IMG/VR virus record: IMGVR_UViG_3300021197_001482
Source: an uncultured virus (IMG/VR IMGVR_UViG_3300021197_001482)
Taxonomy: Duplodnaviria; Heunggongvirae; Uroviricota; Caudoviricetes
Direction: 5' to 3' (one strand)
Length of the DNA: 20,000 bases
The notes below the pieces were generated by a model, which was not told the origin of the DNA, ran no database searches, and saw nothing but the letters and a program-made list of their open reading frames with translations. Positions 15,001 to 18,529 of the stretch are shown here, piece by piece. The translations under genes were made by a program, and so were the position numbers. Every line of letters begins with the position of its first letter. Position 1 is the stretch's first letter.

Positions 15001-15139
15001 ACTCGTCACCGCCTCTACTTGTTTTCCCAAGTATATCTCGTGCTGGTCCTACGCTGGTAAAGTTACCTTGAGGGATAAGTATTGAATCAGTAACACCATC
15101 AAAAAAGAAAGCGTTGCTTGTTCTACCTATTCCTACCAT
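1..15139 (-). CDS. Giant virion protein (about 5,000 aa in window, 3'-truncated by the window edge): putative tail tip/central fibre/adhesin with N-terminal LamG-like domain
   Basis: I translated it by hand. ATG at 15139 is preceded by GAGGTG. MVGIGRTSNAFFFDGVTDSILIPQG... is open for 213 codons up to the N gap. The frame is then free of stops from 14398 down to 2 (4,799 codons, ending ...SSYDGISNP). Its absence from the ORF track is probably because no stop lies inside the window. It sits directly after the TMP and Dit-like genes, the usual tail tip position. Continuity across the gap is inferred. Confidence 0.9.
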   Translation of the reverse strand, partial: MVGIGRTSNAFFFDGVTDSILIPQGNFTSVGPARDILGKTSRGGDEFTHINSIMDDSFVIEAWVVPDCGGIVAHRDEQFTLEFGTVDTPGPAKFTVQLKTQSGMHPVSLSTAKATSTRWDGVVYPPQEVGGIHDTYNRYLKDNTAYNDATNLNFKHRGLYHVVAGVTAGSVFLYVNGHVVATQEIDIESRIADSTAHVYIGGKGGEFRGAIEAXXXXXXXXXXXXXXXXXXXXXXXXXXXXXXXXXXTGKPYQPPHYGSQIFDKTGQMVIDESNFSQHALVYSTQMATTDNSPSNPFAVSWPSTLDVLYQVGHSGRHRYSHITGHEYMRRYPQPAYLSIDQIMGGTADVVEMGYDSNTKGIADLFAMNALSDFYEESTQVTVANFINSTPATFVVSNGLAESKEQAIAIGGTNFDYRPFMLKGPVPEFEGDINDDTRLYHLRPESVSRIALLKVPTLQTTHSLAPYVEIHYNSIDLTGASMGKTTPCLMIEKTVPSGNYVLTGSTTVLDVIEADLADATKDTTLFAPGGLIMTGNSQTTTTHHLETEHSLIGDNTGGYELDSEVDFSRCPVNYTPPSNATTDGNTTPQYLTASHNNGVHDSAYHKLCIEPNADNSVKNMTEIGLQSIKPAAVTNTGDGVFDEGSTTDASNNFEMFDIIDNVVYNTHEYSGIIFVQPSDRTRTNQLSKMRTNHTEGNSPSIASLLYLMSRTRIRSIKEDEDPGTNEKTVTVLATGIAEGLANQNVNITGSGSPDSHIVKEIEPNAPVVTVTLGGPGQGAINTKPTYDPSPLMRLPGSTRRSCAVQAVSVNTDTDRIYMSVQPLNNLSTDMASWGTYCFPKVGRIYLEDGASAAYSEKTGSGFVFTVDTSGGPTIQEQRSFLDANGTAYASFHEWLNGVGIIANATENEYEISVKLFNDPHFGDDNLCEDGSTVNDRMFQSMDTVNHDYQLGTQYASTRAMVEVPLFPKQFFDHAPTGIFPGPDNSMKIHLDATYTAHSWNPTPVGRRANDIAVSDRNAHSAYGFNANSNEHVSSTTITQIVVSTNHTDIYVSHPKIFPTAESAANEHRNMKDVTRYRRVFLSNNQWGVYQNDPATDGYIRIPKNVSGGFTGGFSEDFFADATVGALVYVAGGYRNETLIPIASDESTPSSDLENRSPYYHDPANMQTQGGNLDYGLRQYVSAVEFKEGPLTNPHAPRIQSKNASSTILEVNKVTAGLDNNQSVYTFTVEDASTFPDVPFSKIGGYETDSNNPAFGNGDMIFVAEVLTDTPIEMMFLGNITSTSETANQFVCAAPSSFSTTNFKGKTIRLKKACRALYSLTDPANAYINEFSATTFKPSVGGEQWTFTAAGAVGATTLSIAPATATLIPQANTVGINLRPGDELFIEDVSDNNFVKYVGKVAFIESPYAGSGHATNTVITLDGTNATTIASGDPLRVSFGTVTENDPDAILNRTWLYPYAQGGLRNGDTIWMNMTMNNPHAVEGLFAKSRGVLSEGQVWTGFNGGKGALATRPRDSIPLENFLIGDSCLETANNFVQHVNKTIELNYESMGLSSSQAPTVAYLDPYLATKGHARVLMFDVAHDREFIAFHDLHMQVQSSAATPHIGFGRHVVTADGIVDIDRYLVQQNGGAPHYFTTQIDVANGFPSENPYMRRTQQSKFIESAYVHNISGNTSEDVMGTNAGGENPISNFLNHDSYAIPGQGKTKLALIGNSFTEACDTDHAATGTDTHVFGGNVRIIRLNGTIGTRMSKFSVGMTVSGTGIASGSKIIEIDSNAGLLYLDKDTTATNSNQTLTFITTNNSYFMGKGHGHYVHTGFMNEGTSSSFTIADSTLPRVQPAVASPYWADRLHALSRKSLGATQTLAGALKKSRLVNNPDTFTLRDASTMMDTPDGTRAISAFLCLKGIRSQSLLLSNHEESRLQHLDHWSKMDFVRRLTIDFGEVGIKEGVTDIEAAAREIVRLINQGGAKNALTTGAMNADTGSIHDPAPWWFADEAFDSQDRGSHMGYMRAHLGRVVEDLDGNTGHSIVIHSTIPGASGRNFCTWLDNSKGQSQYKPQFLIGHGGRFRNFWCQPDETSGENMHPAPMPINKHGRPFAPITTLREYVTQEDTDDNFVSNGDFDVRQNDLSSTTQGRNTKRSISAFNGSGMNANTINDESFESQSPSKTLVEGLRTGSQAVGRINFGGMVAAGIPGFAPDAGVWGLGERGNTDFDTRYSNAITTGNTASTSITDYSDHVTDSQVENIGDGQLYGFQFEDHRGNNYGVRYIYRDMGTNFSNDNTILPPTLDNEICVYFDDRDVGQGGFTIGNHMLGFGDVTGRIDTTGDLTEASYRGNRWNGVPAPSVGIDASVTWSGTTLTVVLHEPFDTGTVGDGVMGNHPDVLGYLGFPKTNGLLQINDTFTGTTRKGIVGHSVSYTHRTQNDNDGTHIFYGVAGDTFISSHFVNSGTVTDTHKANPTDSVQLRVLLSPRINWTTLVTDELMAAVTAAAINHEDPNRLLNFDCRGMYAADGRTYGQWGVAPDAIKIRAHTPSRNTLPLSQMFEATLHKDWGIQAAHLEYGEYTTLHETTAGWTLVATDPINKPYSDAELDAHRRMDVGYLPYTVLQIRSKGRGFNANTATPVLVDSSNTPVSVNSWRRNLKGENYTSISGDHILPSLNNPILLFNNYDSTGGNIENEFVSKTNKIAHAIIPAGQEADSINSLAKEGSFGEEIIFSYATADGIARGEVKSIKSSVSHTSLTYTDGHGNGLWRTAFNGDVGDDFVLIRFAQSNLPGFERDAICGYRSYGSVDSEPIVLFRGARDSVDHSVPLYFGGGFTGVTLDINDGTQNDYSPFYTHPYSGGPTGTAGIQNANEISGSFAMVDCNALLAFFPGTALLNQHRGSINSPVSNKDSILSPDLRGGNLDADFALLNAAAAGDVRARYAAGIVRQQPVPLVLRFAHPTARYHDSQPIVDATCDYNNDPTITMDSTTQLVVGMTVTGTGIPDGATVSSITNATTFELSVATTGGSVSNGTLTFNYIENKTTYLVYGPGQAFPFTEDDNSNAAVEPHPGYVVTAGNTWSKVPHSKFLPNEITNSDNLYGPPDTAYQTARQRYHWRTTLNWSPPQGIPNVGYLQQRPEHGSHYGEVFTNPTAGKLTSDNAADYYKAHPYKHSAVAYYGIAMSADMTFHMDGGYHPGGSWLDNQISFNAPNPNGNYRYALESWNQVNATAFRVSGVMAKTILEGANSETALNFDSDYIIVDGTRCQNGEELATIIGQAINENPGKGALKAMGGTFLPSMGNAMRQDRYGWIETNFVSYNNLADDLLGKVFSGEAFGDTTGDVDNSEVHIVATITGATQAELEQIPACGWIRTDTGGRDYTETDVAEADRYIKSSFGCYHSREIWNDSGTYKIKFYLAPNRISGLPLLEDITTWHNKCQSATMTFPTPGYDPGGGGLVHPSPSKIYVWSKAGVHRFNNKNETSRNHMTQVHFGGLVDAIDRTRPVGAVGWAGERYSYLNSLKVGTEGYGAGKGAWHPKMGFTPYGSSASCMNTLGHLPSSYPMYNSPEASPRVNGQEASNVSYDVALTTPYTWNIGLVGGDTWYDNYDFTDVESTKDIMSAKPPHILEATDSNTSYTLDKKLHHQQGVFSRAMLVISNESELALVAKTDRDGITATGDWLSVVSKTRAGVAAATAITFAGTTRWDERFHDAERYIAPANAGPNVEALIATGTATPTADVPNAAYVLHTALTGDQDTNLYNAEPCFAVTGDLFFDTDISPGTMLLEDVTNVTRNITKELELSSTDAEIDNYDYTNDDYWLGDTNGYKLSQRTPAQNFSVEHVVWKRMDGGNLSLPAPNARGLGAVPFVTRVAGGNAYTTGEKLYGNNRFTFESTNSAMFPIIQAQELSHPQMASRHPDLLRNILEIPNEEIQFESITVVDDTGQEHTVEGGSPFGTIIRAFTQLSNRSAQGLAPAISGSGVEPNMKIRLPNPDSIPGNLLIRSGFDRLQAYQTETMGTGGMMTKSTVEHMFDNSLVSPNLGPTYSDHNWEHLKQGTDNPESTMSGWQSSTGNAPLETAYELHDRTLFFHVTKMGNTNTHKHPVIYSHSGGVVNHELTGVSFVGTTLTVNTSVNSAVYDSTFGNKERVGERRFLRLYNPTTDEGGVASFTGISGSTFTGCVGDEVFNKLVLSSITALKVVPSYYIPAGSTRFYGSRRIRDHAEVSGNSPDMAHTHYVNYSVTAEEAMTGYSIYKKPQLTPAPIPRMGHHFVNATMAMLPGHWAHPAYQGLYDKHRACRAATLQSDEFTILDERFDMDDLITSAPTTFPTYDPLLVFGSLTATPSGPSDIHGGGFSLMFETKLRNDGYGVLASEGDAGVTNSKGGHTIVLEAAGTYTLKEHFPDPAEVGAYQIIIQPNMHSSQFIGYHANGPANDIPNGGVSELTSQQVALVVGIREPDSRYGAYALVLANATMADVRGCEIFVNELMIDHDPDYGSQFTNIPPLMLYNPLGVQSTESPAFVRRSLPYYPSMFVDATPGFTTNIPWWSIVHKVGPDNADADRFNHLSWHRLDNYYEFLRASSGSIASQITLAGYPSFYPDLYSEILENISLTPVCTVVSIASTVITVDDARGFPKQPYYGMVLEYTDATGTRRTHTYTERSGYDSSLMNKPKQFTIVANSTFTSNLTVGTKLRLSRAYDFRPANAILSDSETSIITQTLPQTLAGSRDTNSLHMADAFLCLWHPNLGRPHTFYSDASRTWLNPLTDRAINQKPLNSMPEHFETVHYHDATYYASMGPFALRMKTAMPPTEAQSTYYTATSASVSSTTVTATGAIMAGWPTSGTNTVYVNSGSEEEIFTYTGGGAGGTTLTGCVNVKGTPLTTMASGNHSLRYYKTADLAADGSHTRQVVSHTGNTITTNGGEIISDESYIFVDGRMYQVNGTVTEGDTTIVVFDTLPPQIAVGSIIYTGADGTPQTAQTIDTTIGTGLMQGGQSDSSDTATKSMLNHFWPSGSRGGPLVSRLDGYAYVSSTWDYPRDYGFDGPIWSDADDDGSYAVSSGISKSSYDGISNP
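6095..6286 (-). repeat. Beta-rich module type A, copy 2, inside the giant protein
   Basis: DATCDYNNDPTITMDSTTQLVVGMTVTGTGIPDGATVSSITNATTFELSVATTGGSVSNGTLTF; shares CD...VGMTV[ST]GTGI..G.....I......L...TT....N.TLTF with copy 1. Confidence 0.8.
9758..10006 (-). repeat. Beta-rich module type A, copy 1, inside the giant protein
   Basis: FTEACD...FSVGMTVSGTGIASGSKIIEIDSNAGLLYLDKDTTATNSNQTLTF; clearly similar at protein level to 6095..6286. Confidence 0.8.
14399..14498. other. Assembly/scaffold gap (100 N), true length unknown
   Basis: Exactly 100 consecutive N, a conventional placeholder length. Confidence 0.98.
14499..15110 (-). other. LamG/concanavalin A-like (Laminin_G_3-type) lectin jelly-roll domain at the N-terminus of the giant protein
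   Basis: Characteristic motif order: AFFFDGVTDSI ... SFVIEAWVVP ... LYHVVAGVTAGSVFLYVNGHVVA ... HVYIGG..GEFRGAIEAI. The domain is cut by the gap in its last strand. Confidence 0.8.
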
Positions 15140-15144
15140 AATCA

Positions 15145-15150
15145 CACCTC
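15145..15150 (-). promoter_or_regulatory. Shine-Dalgarno site (GAGGTG) of the giant ORF, overlapping the TGA stop of the upstream gene
   Basis: Minus strand reads TGAGGTGTGATTATG. Confidence 0.75.
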
Positions 15151-16366
15151 ATATGATATGCTCTACAGGAACAAATTGAATGTTAAATTGATAGATAGGC
15201 TCGCCACCCAATTGTACAAAAGTGGCTTTAGTTACCGTACCTTTAATGAATGCTTTATCACCAGTAGCATTTGGATTTACTACTCTTGAAGAAGCATCCT
15301 TGGCTTTGTTTGGGTGCTTTGAATCTATGTCGTGAAACGGACCGGTAGGCATAAAGAAGTTTTTCGCCACATATTTATCACCTGTTGAATTATTAACAGT
15401 TGAATTAAACGGTATTTGAATACCTTTTATGTAATCACCGTATTTTTTGTTTAATTTACTACCACCTGTAAGCACTTGTTGTGCATATTGCGCCCCTGCT
15501 ACTACAGGTACAATAGAACCACCGTCATTGGAATTGTTAAGTGTAGCGTAAAGCGACATCACTTTGTCACCCGCACTCATACTTGTAAACTCCGAAGCAG
15601 TATCAACACCTCCTGTGAAAAACTCCGAAAGTGGTGGTCGGCGGTTTTTAGCCTCCCAAGAAGGTGTGTTGTTACCGTTTACTCTACCCGCTGTATCAAG
15701 AGTAATAACTACAGTGGTGTCTGCTTCATCTGTATTGGTAGAGTCAACTCTTGTAGCCGTAAATCTACTACTAAGAGCATTACTATTTGCACTGCTGTTG
15801 ATTAAATCTCTTAAATATCCAGCAATTTCAACGGCTGTACGCATAGTGCCATCAGCCTGTGCTATCGAAACATGGTATTTTTCACTGCTTAAACCCGTAC
15901 CTAAATCATATCCGTATGTAGTATTGGATTTGATAAAGAAAATTATGTAAGAAGTTCCGTCTTTTGCTTGTATAGTAAGTCGAGGTATGCGTGTATCTGT
16001 AAAAACATCAGCAGTTAATTCTGCCGCCAATGCTGTTAATGTACTACCAACAAACGGTTGATGTATACTGTTTGTTCTACCCGACACAGAATTGTAAACC
16101 CCTTCTGTACCAGTGGTGGAAAAATCAATACTTGCTTTTGCACTTCTACCAAGTTCTACACTTACTAAATCATCATCTGTGATTACACCTTCTAAAAGAA
16201 TAACCGCTTTAGCCATGTTCAAATCAAAAGCAAAACGCTCACCACCCATGTAAGGTATGGTATGCGGATTGATACTACGGTCAACATCCAGTGTAAGCGT
16301 GGTAACATTTAGCGGTATCAATCCGCCGTCTTTACGCACCAATCGAACAGGAATGTTTGTCGGCAT
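15149..16366 (-). CDS. Putative distal tail protein (Dit)/tube initiator-like protein with a large central insertion, 405 aa
   Basis: It lies immediately downstream of the TMP (TGATG overlap). The N-terminal part (LNVTTLTLDVDRSINPHTIP..GERFAFDLNMAKAVILLEGVITDD) and C-terminal part (IKGTVTKATFVQLGGEPIYQFNIQF) show the beta-strand pattern of tube-fold hub proteins. Function is inferred from synteny and pattern. Confidence 0.65.
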   Translation of the reverse strand: MPTNIPVRLVRKDGGLIPLNVTTLTLDVDRSINPHTIPYMGGERFAFDLNMAKAVILLEGVITDDDLVSVELGRSAKASIDFSTTGTEGVYNSVSGRTNSIHQPFVGSTLTALAAELTADVFTDTRIPRLTIQAKDGTSYIIFFIKSNTTYGYDLGTGLSSEKYHVSIAQADGTMRTAVEIAGYLRDLINSSANSNALSSRFTATRVDSTNTDEADTTVVITLDTAGRVNGNNTPSWEAKNRRPPLSEFFTGGVDTASEFTSMSAGDKVMSLYATLNNSNDGGSIVPVVAGAQYAQQVLTGGSKLNKKYGDYIKGIQIPFNSTVNNSTGDKYVAKNFFMPTGPFHDIDSKHPNKAKDASSRVVNPNATGDKAFIKGTVTKATFVQLGGEPIYQFNIQFVPVEHII

Positions 16367-17403
16367 CAGTACCGCCCTCGCATGGTTGAGCCGCCAATAC
16401 TGCGAGCGAGTTCTTGTTGAATCATGTTACCAATCTCTCTCGCTAATGCTCTCTTGTCTGTGCGGTCTGTAATGCCTCCGGCGTTGACGGTGATGTTGTA
16501 TGTACCGCCGCCCATGCCAGCCCCACCGGGGTTGTTGCGTTGGCTTAGGGGAACGACCGCCTCCGGCCCATCCTCACCAATCATAGCGAGTGTAGGCTTG
16601 TTGACGATACCACCCTTGGCTAATTGAGGTATTTGCCAGTCGGACAAATCAACTCCGAATGAATATTCTGTACCGGTAAAGGGGTTGGTTACAGTTTTAT
16701 TGAAGTTGATACCCGCCAATAGGTCGTTAAACAAACCAATGAGAGCGTTGATACCCGTTTTGATACCACTAATAATTGAATCACCGATACCGCTTAACGA
16801 AGCACCGATGTCTTTAGCAAGCCCTTTCCAATAATCGAGAGTTAAAAAATCCGGTATGGTGGGTATTGCATCCCATAAATTACTTAAAACGCCTGTTATA
16901 GTATCTCTAATGCTACCGAATGTAGCGATTGCACTCGACTTAAGACCTGTAATTCTACCTGTCAGTGCTTCCCATTTTGCTATAACAGGGCCAACTACTT
17001 TGTCCATAATGAAGTCTTTAATCGTAGTAAACTTTTCAACAACTGAATCCTTAAGTCCACCAAACCATTCTTTCAACCCATTCCATTTTTCTTGTACAGG
17101 GTCAACTACATTATCGCTAATGAAGTCCTTGATACCCTGCCATTTTTCTTGTATGGGTGCAACTACATTGTCGCTAATGAAATCCTTGATACCTTGCCAC
17201 TTTTCAATGACAGTTTCCTTGAATCCACCCCACCATTCTTTAATGCCGTCGAGTTGCTCTTTGAGTGGCTTGATGAACTTATCATTAACGAATGTTTTGA
17301 GGTCGCTGAACATTTTCTTTGCAATTTGGCCTATACCTTTGAATGCTGGTCCGATGCTGTTTACCATCGTTGACATGGAGGCGAGGGTGGCTAAGAGTGT
17401 CAT
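16366..17403 (-). CDS. Tape measure protein, unusually short (345 aa)
   Basis: It follows the chaperone pair. It has amphipathic helical repeats with periodic W/F (EKWQGIKDFISDNVV) and the typical TMP C-terminal motif IPQLAKGGIVNKPTLAMIGEDGPEAVVPL followed by TYNITVN. ATGA overlap with the upstream stop and GGGAGG RBS. Confidence 0.85.
   Translation of the reverse strand: MTLLATLASMSTMVNSIGPAFKGIGQIAKKMFSDLKTFVNDKFIKPLKEQLDGIKEWWGGFKETVIEKWQGIKDFISDNVVAPIQEKWQGIKDFISDNVVDPVQEKWNGLKEWFGGLKDSVVEKFTTIKDFIMDKVVGPVIAKWEALTGRITGLKSSAIATFGSIRDTITGVLSNLWDAIPTIPDFLTLDYWKGLAKDIGASLSGIGDSIISGIKTGINALIGLFNDLLAGINFNKTVTNPFTGTEYSFGVDLSDWQIPQLAKGGIVNKPTLAMIGEDGPEAVVPLSQRNNPGGAGMGGGTYNITVNAGGITDRTDKRALAREIGNMIQQELARSIGGSTMRGRY
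17083..17196. repeat. Tandem 57-bp (19-codon) duplication within the tape measure gene
   Basis: 17083-17139 vs 17140-17196: 50/57 nt identical, encoding QGIKDFISDNVV[AD]P[IV]QEKW. Degenerate copies flank it. Confidence 0.92.
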
Positions 17404-17684
17404 TCAGTACCCTCCCAATCTAAAAACGAGTAATCCAAACTTACCATCTCCCTGTCACCCGCCTTCGCCTGTTGTTTGCTATGTTCGGTTTTCTTTTTCT
17501 CTTCTTCGGTCGCAACCATCGCCCAAACGAGTGATTGCTTGAATAACCGAGGGGGCATTGAGTAAACTTCAAGCAAGGATATTGAATAATGTTTAGCGAT
17601 TGTATAAGCCCAAAGTTCTACTTGAGTTGTTAAATCACTTTCACTGTCAATTTTATCCTTACGAAGAAACTTCTCGACCCTCAC
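17400..17684 (-). CDS. Tail assembly chaperone C-terminal extension (lambda gpT-like ORF), probably expressed as a frameshift fusion of about 218 aa
   Basis: It lies between the chaperone and the TMP, in the -1 frame relative to the chaperone, and is open upstream to 17726. The GTG start has no clear RBS. AYTIAKHYSISLLEVYSMPPRLF resembles the helical pattern of G-T extensions. Confidence 0.75.
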   Translation of the reverse strand: MRVEKFLRKDKIDSESDLTTQVELWAYTIAKHYSISLLEVYSMPPRLFKQSLVWAMVATEEEKKKTEHSKQQAKAGDREMVSLDYSFLDWEGTE

Positions 17685-17707
17685 TCGGTCGGCTTCGTAA
17701 ACCCCCC
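17675..17707 (-). promoter_or_regulatory. Candidate programmed -1 ribosomal frameshift signal (GGGGGGTTT plus downstream hairpin)
   Basis: mRNA: CAA GGG GGG UUU (G6U3 at 17707-17699), 7-nt spacer, then CGACC-GAGUGAG-GGUCG stem-loop (17691-17675). It lies in the overlap of the two chaperone frames. Confidence 0.6.
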
Positions 17708-18055
17708 TTGCAAAGCCTCCGCCATCTCATTAGGTTGCGGTAGCACTTTGGAGAGTTGCTCACCGACATAACCCTTGAGAGACAGCATTTCTTCTGTAGT
17801 CAAGGATGGATTAGTTTTAGTGACCCAATGGGTGAATGCGAATTGCCAGTAGCCTTTCAAGTTCAATGCTACATCGCCGTTTGATACAAGGAACATTTCT
17901 TGTGCGGCGGCTTGGATGTCAAGGAATGATATTTCACGAACCCATACTTCAATTACGGCACTTTCGTCATCGGGGTCAACCCGAATCGTGTGCTTGGTAA
18001 CATCGTCATTCTTCAATAATAGGCTCTTGTTCATCACTACTTGTTTCTTGCTCAT
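17681..18055 (-). CDS. Tail assembly chaperone (lambda gpG-like), 124 aa
   Basis: Size and position between tail tube and TMP fit. IEVWVREISFLDIQAAAQ matches the chaperone strand-turn-helix pattern. RBS GGAAGTGA at 18068-18061. Confidence 0.75.
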   Translation of the reverse strand: MSKKQVVMNKSLLLKNDDVTKHTIRVDPDDESAVIEVWVREISFLDIQAAAQEMFLVSNGDVALNLKGYWQFAFTHWVTKTNPSLTTEEMLSLKGYVGEQLSKVLPQPNEMAEALQGGFTKPTE

Positions 18056-18518
18056 CTATTTCACTTCCATTGGGTGCGGCCACCTCTTCGGTGGGGGCAT
18101 CCGGCGTTTCTTCGGGGGCTACCTCTTCGGTAGGGCCGTCAGTCACACCCTCGTCGTCTTGGTTGAGTCGCAAAACTATCTCGGCTTTAGTGCCATAAAC
18201 AGGCAAACCTCGTTCTTTACATAGTTTTCGCAATTCAGCGACAGTAAGGGAATCGTATTGTACTTCGTCAACGACGAAGGGGGATGGTGCTTCTTCTTGC
18301 ACCAGTGGGTTAATTTCTTCTTCGACCACTTCAACGGGGTTGTTGAGGATGTCAGCGGCAAGTGCATGGATAGTATGATTATTCATTAAACCGATAATCA
18401 ATTCTTTGTCTTGAATAGTGTCAAGAAAAAATTGTAATTCAAGACCATTTGCTTGACACACCCACTTGGCATATCCAACTGGTCCGAGGCGGCGATACTT
18501 TTGTAGTGATTGCTTCAT
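18006..18518 (-). CDS. SAP (helix-extension-helix) domain protein with acidic low-complexity flanks, 170 aa
   Basis: YDSLTVAELRKLCKERGLPVYGTKAEIVLRL (18257-18165) matches the SAP consensus LTV.EL+..L..RGL...G.K..L+.RL. The E/D/P-rich tail contains PTEEVA twice. RBS GAGGTGA. Confidence 0.88.
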   Translation of the reverse strand: MKQSLQKYRRLGPVGYAKWVCQANGLELQFFLDTIQDKELIIGLMNNHTIHALAADILNNPVEVVEEEINPLVQEEAPSPFVVDEVQYDSLTVAELRKLCKERGLPVYGTKAEIVLRLNQDDEGVTDGPTEEVAPEETPDAPTEEVAAPNGSEIDEQETSSDEQEPIIEE

Positions 18519-18522
18519 ATTT

Positions 18523-18529
18523 TCACCTC
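18523..18529 (-). promoter_or_regulatory. Shine-Dalgarno site GAGGTGA of the SAP protein gene, overlapping the tail tube stop
   Basis: Minus strand reads TGAGGTGAAAATATG. Confidence 0.8.

Noticed and set aside
361..15085. The many short ORFs (60-171 aa) listed on both strands in this interval
   Set aside because: All lie antisense to, or in alternative frames of, the stop-free giant ORF, with no recognisable motifs. They are shadow ORFs.
1..15139. Stop-codon reassignment or a non-coding region to explain the apparent 15-kb gene desert in the ORF track
   Set aside because: The standard code gives a fully open frame on the minus strand, so no recoding is needed.
1..15139. Inteins, homing endonucleases or a diversity-generating retroelement target inflating the giant gene
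   Set aside because: I saw no Hint/LAGLIDADG motifs, no reverse transcriptase and no near-identical repeat pair differing at adenines within the window.
17083..17196. 57-bp repeats as a CRISPR-like or regulatory array
   Set aside because: They are adjacent, in-frame, have no spacers and encode TMP helical repeats.
16856..17542. 228-aa plus-strand ORF with internal repeats
   Set aside because: It is the antisense mirror of the tape measure repeats, not an independent gene.
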